A stretch of 64,000 bases of DNA from a virus. Shown here piece after piece: positions 58,901 to 64,000 of this stretch (position 1 is the first letter of the stretch; every line of letters starts with the position of its first letter). The notes beneath the pieces are model-generated. The model did no database searches, was not told the origin of the DNA, and worked only from the letters and a program-made list of their open reading frames with translations. The stretch is from IMG/VR virus record IMGVR_UViG_3300032516_000003, positions 65,341 through 129,340 of that record; one strand, written 5' to 3'. The position numbers were made by a program, and so were the translations under genes.

Positions 58901-61900
58901 ACTGGTTGCGCCAGTTCGGTCTATCTAAGAACAAGTCCATTCCGCGAACGTTCATGAGCTTGACCAAGCACCAATTGGCGATCTTGATGGATGCTATGAT
59001 GGCTGGGGATGGATGCATCTATTACGATGCCCGCCACAACCACACCAGACACGAGTTCTGCACCTCTTCCAAGCGGCTTGCAGATGACGTCCAAGAACTA
59101 GCACTGAAGCTGGGTCACAGCGCCAATATTAAGGTGAACATTCGTAAGAAGACGGGTGCTCACGAATACGTGGTGCGTTTTAGCTTCAAGGATGAAGTCT
59201 TCGTCAACAACGATAAGCGGGTGAATTGCTCTCGTTGGATCGATTACGCGGGACCAGTCTATTGTGTGGACGTGCCCAACCACATCGTCTACGTGCGCCG
59301 TAACGGTGTCCCAGTCTGGTCTGGCAATTGCATCATCCCAGATCATGAGATGCCCAAGACAGCAGATGGTCCGCTCCATATTCTCCTGAACCCGGCCGGC
59401 GTTCCTGGTCGTACCAACCTGGGGCAGGTCTTGGAGACCGCAGTCTCCAAGGTGGCGCTGAAGACGGGCAAGCCCTATCTGGTGCAGAACTTCGCCCCCA
59501 ACGCCGACTTCCACACCCAAGTATCGCAAGAGCTCAAGAAGCACGGCCTCACTGACAAGGAAGAAGTCTTCGACGGCGTCTCCGGCAAGAAGCTGGGAGA
59601 GGCACTGGTTGGCGTCCAGCACATCCTCAAGCTGCAGCACCAGGTGGAGAAGAAGCTCTCGGCTCGTGCTGGTGGTCCTGGTTATGCCTATGATCGCAAC
59701 TTGATCCCCCGTGGTGGTGGCGCTCACGGTGCCCAGTCACTAGGCGCTCTCGGCCTGTATGCCATGTTGGCCCATGGGGCCAAGGCCAACCTGCGCGAGA
59801 TGCAGACGGTGAAGAGCGACTCCGAGCAGAGCGATGAGTTCTGGGCCGCACTGCAGGCCGGTGAGCCACTTCCTGCCCCACGCCCGACCTTCGCCTACAA
59901 GAAGTTCCTGGGCTACATGACCGGCCTGGGATTGAACGTGAAGAAGGAAGGCAACAACCTCCAGCTCATCCCCTTCACCGACAAGCAGGTGGAGCAGATG
60001 AGCAACGGTGCCTTGCCTGATGCCGCGAAGATGGTCCACGCCAAGAACCTCAAGCCAGAGGTGGGTGGCAGCTTCGATCCCCACCTCACTGGCGGAGAGA
60101 GCGGCACCAAGTGGACCCACATCCGGCTGCCAGAATCCTTCCCCAACCCAGTCTTCGAGCATCCGATCCAAGCCCTGCTGGGCATCACGCACAAGGACTT
60201 CGAGGCGGTGATCGCCGGCCAGAAAGGACTGCATCCCACCACGGGGAAGCTCGTCGAGTCACATCTGGGACTCACTGGCGGTCATGCCTTCGACCAGGCC
60301 TTGGGCAGGATCGACGTGCAGAAGGAGCTGCGCACCGCCACCACCCAGCTAGCCAATCCCGGGCTCAAGGGCAACCGCCTCGACCAGATCAACAAGAAGA
60401 TCAAGTTCTTGAAGGCACTGGACAGCGCCGGCCTGTCTCCACGTGAAGCCTACATGCAGCAGAACATCCCGGTCATGCCGCCGGTGTTCCGCCCGGTCTC
60501 CCAGCTACCCAACGGCGACCTGAACGTCGATGACGTCAATCACATGTACAAGGGCATCGCCCTGTCGGCCAGCCGTCTCAAGGTGATGTCACCGCTGCTG
60601 CCGCCGGAAGAGAAGAACGAGGTCCGGGCCGAGGTCTACGACGGCCTGCGCTCACTGGCGGGTCTGGGCGGCCACATGAACCGGAAGTTCCGCGGCATCC
60701 TCGACATCATCTCTGGCCACCGTCCCGACAAAGAGACCGGTGAGAAGGTCGGCGCCCCCAAGTACGGCTACTTCCAAGATCGACTGGTGAAGCGGAAGCA
60801 GGACCTGAGCATGCGCTCCACCATCATCCCCGAGCCGTCTCTTGGTCTGGACGAGGTGGGCATTCCGCGGAAGGCCGCAGTCGAGCTCTACAAGCCCTTC
60901 ATCGTCAGGGAGTTGCGGACTCTGGCCGGCATGACCCCGCTGGAGGCCCAGCAGCACATCAAGGACAATGCCCCCATCGTTGATCGGGCATTGGAGCGGG
61001 TGATCACTGACCGTCCCATCCTGCTCAAGCGCGATCCAGTGCTTCACAAGTATGGGGTGCAGGCCTTCAAGCCGCGCATCGTTGGCGGCAAGGCGGTGCA
61101 GATCCACCCGCTGGTGACCTCGGGCTACAACGCCGACTTCGACGGCGATGCCATGAGCGCCTTCGTCCCAGTCGGCAATGAGGCCGTGGCTGAAGCGCAC
61201 AAGATGTTCCCCTCCAACAACCTGTTCAGCCCGGCCACCGGCTCGATCGCCTATGCCCCGACCCATGAGGCTCTACTCGGACTCTATGGGGTCACCAGGA
61301 CCGGGGGCAAGACCAACAAGACCTTCAAGAATGTAGAGGAGGTAGAGGCCGCTCTACGCAAGAGTGAGTTGCAGCTGAACGACCAGATCAAAGTGGGTGG
61401 CCTGGCTAGTACTGCTGGTCGTTTCCTCGTTGGCGGGGCGCTTCCCGAGCCGATGCGGCGACCGTTCCTCACCAAAACTGAGCCGCTGGACAAGAAGGCC
61501 CAGCAAGAGCTGTTGACTCACTTGGCCACGAACCACCCCCACGATTACGGCCCGGTGGTGGACAAACTGAAGAATCTCGGCAACCGCTGGTCTACCGACA
61601 CGGCCTTCTCGATCGGCTTGGAGGACATCAAGCCGGAGAAGGAAGCGCGAGACAAGATCTTGGCGGCCGCGCACAAGGCGGCCGCGGGGACCACCGGCAC
61701 CCAGCACGAGCGGGATCGAAAAGCCATCGACATCTACTCGCAGGCCACGGAGCAGATGCACAAGGAGCTAGGGAAGCTGGACGAGCAGCACAGCTCGCTG
61801 ATCACCATGAGTCGGGCCGGAATCAAGCCGACGATGGACACGCTCCGTCAGATCAAGATGGCGCCGATGCTGTTCATGAACGCCAAACGGGAGGTCATCC

Positions 61901-63141
61901 CCTCACCCGTGACCAAGTCCTTCGCTGAGGGCCTGGATCTGGCCGGCTACTGGACTTCAATGAGTGGGGCTCGCAAGGGCATCATCCAGAAGGTCCAGGC
62001 CGTGCAGGAGCCAGGCTACGTCACCAAGATGATCATGAACTCGGTCATGGATAACCTGATTATGGACCATGACTGTGGTACCGACAAGGGCATTGCTCTA
62101 CACATCGACGAGAAGGATATCCTCGATCGGCACCTGGCGATCGACCACAAGGCTGGCAAGCACGTCTTCAAGGCTGGCACCCTGGTCACGCCAGAAGTAC
62201 GGACTGCCCTGCGGAACAACAAGGTGGGTCGAGTAGTAGTTCGCTCCCCGCTGCGCTGCCAGCATGGGCCGGGGGTCTGTCAGAAGTGCTTCGGTCTGGC
62301 CGAGAACGGCAGACACCCGGAGATCGGGACGAACATCGGCGTGATGGCAGGCCAGGCCATTGGCGAACGCGCCACGCAGCTGGCGATGAAAAGCTTCCAT
62401 ACTGGTGGCACGGCAGCCACGTTCACCGGGCTCGTGGATGAGTTCAGCCGGGTGAAGAACCTGTTGACGTTCCCGTTGACCCTGCCGAACTCGGCCACGC
62501 TCAGCTCCGTCTCGGGGCGGGTAGAGAAGGTCGAGAAGGACCCGGCCGGTGGCCACAACGTCTTCATCGGTGGCACGCGCCACTACGTGCCCCAGAGTCG
62601 TGGCATCCCGCAGTTCGATGGAAAGTCACTCAGGTCGGGGGTGGAGATCAAGAAAGGCTCGCCGATCTCCGCCGGCCCGGTCAATCCCCACGAGATGCTG
62701 CCACTCACTGGCATTGAAGCAGTACAGGGTCACCTGTCTGATGAGCTGCACAAGCTCTATGCCTCTGAAGGTATCCGGCGGCGCAACCATGAGGTCGTGG
62801 TGAAGGCCATGACCAGCGTCACCAAGATTGAAGATCCAGGCAGCCATCACGGCTTCATCCGGGGGGACTTTGCACCGGCCGCGCTGGTTGCTAATCTGAA
62901 TCGGACAGCACCCAAGACGGCCAAGCCCATCATTCACAAGCCGGTGCTGCGCGGAGTGAACATCCTGCCACTGGACCTGCACGAGGACTGGATGGCGCGA
63001 TTGAATCACGAGCGGCAGACCCAGACAGTACTGGAAGCCGCGCAGAAGGGCTGGATCAGCAAGATCCACGGCACCCACCCCATCCCAGCGATTGTGCATG
63101 GGGCCGAAGTGGGTAGAGGAGACAAACCATGGCTCTACTAG
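55966..63141 (+). CDS. single-polypeptide bacterial-type RNA polymerase: reduced beta fused to beta', with an intein in beta
   Basis: Beta motifs: GFLDPIHTPEGEATG, HPNRSTMAGRHMEQAISLV, GYNFEDGVVISE, GDKVAGRHGNKG|intein|IIPDHEMP...LNPAGVPGRTNLGQ, and ..LREMQTVKSDS. Beta' follows without a stop: IPVMPPVFRP, LKRDPVLHKYGVQAF..GKAVQIHPLVTSGYNADFDGDAMS, GERATQLAMKSFHTGG. No zinc-binding CxxC is present at the beta' N-terminus. Confidence 0.85.
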   Translation: MARLSPEEGFQVLGDRVKETLTGLFPIVGKKHTLSLDQVEVKDNLDLDDIRSQKEARLSGRSWAVPVEGRVALVDNATGRAVDSQKIRLLSLPKHTRRYTHIVNGREKQIDNQWRLKSGVYARIKENGELQSDFNLRKGGRGFDIEFDPKTHQFKLAYGTSNIPLSPLMQELGVPRDTIEQQWGKEITSANHADRDQAVAKFYRASVGKPPESLEQARAHLRDSFQKMEVRPDTTRITLGKEHTQVTGHTLMDAATKLLHVSQGKAQPDARDALMFKELHSVEDFMAERLRKGSRDIFRRIQNTLDKKTSVRDIVGPNIFHGPIETMYRTSLVNEPKQINPLEMISGQMKTTITGEGGIQNVYGITDDAKLVDASHLGFLDPIHTPEGEATGVNLRLPLGVKKVGHDVVVRMFNVRTGKMEQINPEKAMNATVALPDQVKWVGGKPHPLGKDVQVSGPGNEIKTAPFKSVDYVMRDPSQMFSVSSNLIPFLPADHPNRSTMAGRHMEQAISLVHREPPLVRSAIVGGKKIIDEWVGKFAGHSSHVDGTVTKVQNDAIHVKDKDGKKHEIQIYDHFPLNDDKSFLHSTPLVKVGDRVKKGQPIADSNFTRGGTLALGTNLKVGYLPYKGYNFEDGVVISESAAKQLTSEHLHQKSLALDKEHVLDKAKYQAYMPGRLNRDQMAKMDDDGVVKPGQLVMPGDPLVLALKKHSDRGEDRDLARLHRSLVKPYRDDSIIWEQDHPGVVQEVVKHGKQILVHVKTQEQAEIGDKVAGRHGNKGIITCHDQWTEVLTGRGWLKFEELRKDDLVCTLNPETDEIEYHRPTATISQQHQGKMFLFDGPRVNLCTTPEHRHWIRPIRGGAYHFETSKEVHAHGTVHKRGGSIWGGTAKRRITIPGRPAFRKGWHEYDSPRSYNADDFLEFFGYWITEGCLSRSSVVIGQSLNANPDTYAAIRACLERLGYRVSAGSTSLAIGDPRLAYWLRQFGLSKNKSIPRTFMSLTKHQLAILMDAMMAGDGCIYYDARHNHTRHEFCTSSKRLADDVQELALKLGHSANIKVNIRKKTGAHEYVVRFSFKDEVFVNNDKRVNCSRWIDYAGPVYCVDVPNHIVYVRRNGVPVWSGNCIIPDHEMPKTADGPLHILLNPAGVPGRTNLGQVLETAVSKVALKTGKPYLVQNFAPNADFHTQVSQELKKHGLTDKEEVFDGVSGKKLGEALVGVQHILKLQHQVEKKLSARAGGPGYAYDRNLIPRGGGAHGAQSLGALGLYAMLAHGAKANLREMQTVKSDSEQSDEFWAALQAGEPLPAPRPTFAYKKFLGYMTGLGLNVKKEGNNLQLIPFTDKQVEQMSNGALPDAAKMVHAKNLKPEVGGSFDPHLTGGESGTKWTHIRLPESFPNPVFEHPIQALLGITHKDFEAVIAGQKGLHPTTGKLVESHLGLTGGHAFDQALGRIDVQKELRTATTQLANPGLKGNRLDQINKKIKFLKALDSAGLSPREAYMQQNIPVMPPVFRPVSQLPNGDLNVDDVNHMYKGIALSASRLKVMSPLLPPEEKNEVRAEVYDGLRSLAGLGGHMNRKFRGILDIISGHRPDKETGEKVGAPKYGYFQDRLVKRKQDLSMRSTIIPEPSLGLDEVGIPRKAAVELYKPFIVRELRTLAGMTPLEAQQHIKDNAPIVDRALERVITDRPILLKRDPVLHKYGVQAFKPRIVGGKAVQIHPLVTSGYNADFDGDAMSAFVPVGNEAVAEAHKMFPSNNLFSPATGSIAYAPTHEALLGLYGVTRTGGKTNKTFKNVEEVEAALRKSELQLNDQIKVGGLASTAGRFLVGGALPEPMRRPFLTKTEPLDKKAQQELLTHLATNHPHDYGPVVDKLKNLGNRWSTDTAFSIGLEDIKPEKEARDKILAAAHKAAAGTTGTQHERDRKAIDIYSQATEQMHKELGKLDEQHSSLITMSRAGIKPTMDTLRQIKMAPMLFMNAKREVIPSPVTKSFAEGLDLAGYWTSMSGARKGIIQKVQAVQEPGYVTKMIMNSVMDNLIMDHDCGTDKGIALHIDEKDILDRHLAIDHKAGKHVFKAGTLVTPEVRTALRNNKVGRVVVRSPLRCQHGPGVCQKCFGLAENGRHPEIGTNIGVMAGQAIGERATQLAMKSFHTGGTAATFTGLVDEFSRVKNLLTFPLTLPNSATLSSVSGRVEKVEKDPAGGHNVFIGGTRHYVPQSRGIPQFDGKSLRSGVEIKKGSPISAGPVNPHEMLPLTGIEAVQGHLSDELHKLYASEGIRRRNHEVVVKAMTSVTKIEDPGSHHGFIRGDFAPAALVANLNRTAPKTAKPIIHKPVLRGVNILPLDLHEDWMARLNHERQTQTVLEAAQKGWISKIHGTHPIPAIVHGAEVGRGDKPWLY
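58309..59328 (+). mobile_element. intein (340 aa, LAGLIDADG type) in RNAP beta between GNKGIIT and IIPDHEMP
   Basis: Starts at Cys782 (CHDQWTEV). Contains FFGYWITEGCLS and LMDAMMAGDGCI. Ends ...NGVPVWSGN with +1 Cys, so the penultimate residue is Gly rather than His. Confidence 0.7.
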
Positions 63142-63773
63142 TTTTAGTAGAGCCTGGACGTCCAGGACCGAAGCCCAAAGACATCACGGGCATGAAGTTC
63201 GGGATGCTCACTGCTGTCCAACCCACAGGGAAGAGTAACCACTATGGCATAATCTGGCTGGCCCGGTGTGATTGTGGCAACGAGATCGAAAGGGGTGCTT
63301 CGGAACTGCTCAGGAAGCCGAAGAGGAAGACACAGGTGCCCCAGAACTGTGGTTGCTACCGCAAGAGGAACCGCAGCCCAAAGTACAAGGGTGTGGGTGA
63401 TCTATCGAGCACTAGATTCAGGAGGGTGCTAGCACAAGCTAAGCAACGGGGCATTCCCTTCAAGATCACGATTCGTCAAGCCTGGGATCAGTTCCTGCGA
63501 CAAGATGGCAAATGCTCCTTGACTGGGGTTGCCCTTGCCATGAGTCCCAGCAGTATGAAGGAGGGGGCTAGCACGGCCTCTCTTGATCGAATCGACAGTA
63601 CCAAAGGTTACGTCCTGGGCAATATCCAGTGGGTCCATGTAGCAATCAACTTCATGAAACACTCGCTTCCGGAGGAGGAGTTCGTGCGCTGGTGTTGTCT
63701 GGTAGCTAAGCATAAGGGCCGTGCATGGGGCCGAGATTGGCAAGGGCAAGCATCCATGGGAGTACTGACATGA
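63129..63773 (+). CDS. HNH-type homing-endonuclease-like protein
   Basis: WLARCDCGNE...CGCY and SLDRIDSTKGYVLGNIQWVHVAINFMK fit an HNH_3-like LDRID..GNY..N..W pattern. GAGGAG SD. Lower GC. Lies directly after the RNAP gene. Confidence 0.45.
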   Translation: MALLVLVEPGRPGPKPKDITGMKFGMLTAVQPTGKSNHYGIIWLARCDCGNEIERGASELLRKPKRKTQVPQNCGCYRKRNRSPKYKGVGDLSSTRFRRVLAQAKQRGIPFKITIRQAWDQFLRQDGKCSLTGVALAMSPSSMKEGASTASLDRIDSTKGYVLGNIQWVHVAINFMKHSLPEEEFVRWCCLVAKHKGRAWGRDWQGQASMGVLT

Positions 63774-64000
63774 TCGAGAACTTCGAAGCAGTCACCGAGT
63801 CTTTCATCGATGAGCTGGAGAAGATCGGGAGCACCTTGGGCACGATTGGGTCTCGTGCGGCAGAGGGCGTCGGCCAGCTGTTCGGACCCGGGAGAGCGGG
63901 ATTCTTCGGCCGAGTCGGGGAGGCCTGGAAGAAGTCTGGCAAGCTCATTCCCGGTGAAGGTCAGGCGAGTCCGGGAATCGTGCGGAGGCTGCGGCATACG
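63770..64000 (+). CDS. hypothetical protein, 3' end outside window
   Basis: ATG overlaps the upstream stop as ATGA. The frame stays open to the window edge. Confidence 0.35.
   Translation, partial: MIENFEAVTESFIDELEKIGSTLGTIGSRAAEGVGQLFGPGRAGFFGRVGEAWKKSGKLIPGEGQASPGIVRRLRHT

Noticed and set aside
58309-59328. Alternative reading of the RNAP beta insert as a lineage-specific beta domain rather than an intein
   Set aside because: The insert starts with Cys directly after GNKGIIT, has two LAGLIDADG motifs and a block-G-like VYCVDVPNHIVYV...N terminus with Cys at +1. Excising it restores the contiguous beta motif. The intein reading is therefore kept, with the GN terminus noted.
1-64000. tRNA genes, integrase or repressor, CRISPR arrays
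   Set aside because: None recognised by eye in any intergenic region. The intergenic space is minimal apart from 23145-23364, 44846-44976 and 55534-55965, which contain hairpins and promoter-like elements rather than cloverleaf candidates. A proper tRNAscan run would be needed to be certain.

Overview
This 64-kb window is GC-rich (roughly 60% by eye), gene-dense, and has Shine-Dalgarno sites of the AGGAGG type. It reads as part of a tailed dsDNA phage or prophage genome with no lysogeny genes in view. It is organised into three blocks.

(1) 1-23144, plus strand: a fused LigD-type 3'-phosphoesterase and ATP-dependent DNA ligase, then a run of large virion and tail proteins (800, 1431, 1195 and 674 aa). 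The last is a glycine-repeat tail fibre with a low-GC tip. Small membrane and coiled-coil proteins and a protein with a pyrophosphatase-like domain follow.

(2) 23365-44845, minus strand: a replication and recombination module. It contains RusA, a Cas4-like PD-(D/E)xK exonuclease, a RecA-like recombinase, MazG, HU, a free-standing HNH endonuclease, an intein-bearing family-A DNA polymerase, a DnaG-like primase, an intein-bearing DnaB-like helicase, a family-4 UDG, an SF2 DEAH helicase and an endonuclease VII.

(3) 44977-64000, plus strand: virion proteins including a T7 gp8-like portal interrupted by three paralogous inteins, then a 2391-aa single ORF that encodes bacterial-type RNA polymerase beta and beta' fused in one polypeptide, itself interrupted by an intein, then an HNH-type homing-endonuclease-like gene.

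In total six LAGLIDADG inteins are visible. The blocks are separated by hairpins and by a divergent regulatory region that carries a 37-nt motif repeated upstream of the RNAP gene. No tRNA, CRISPR array or integrase was recognised. All functional calls come from motif recognition by eye in the supplied translations and carry no database support.
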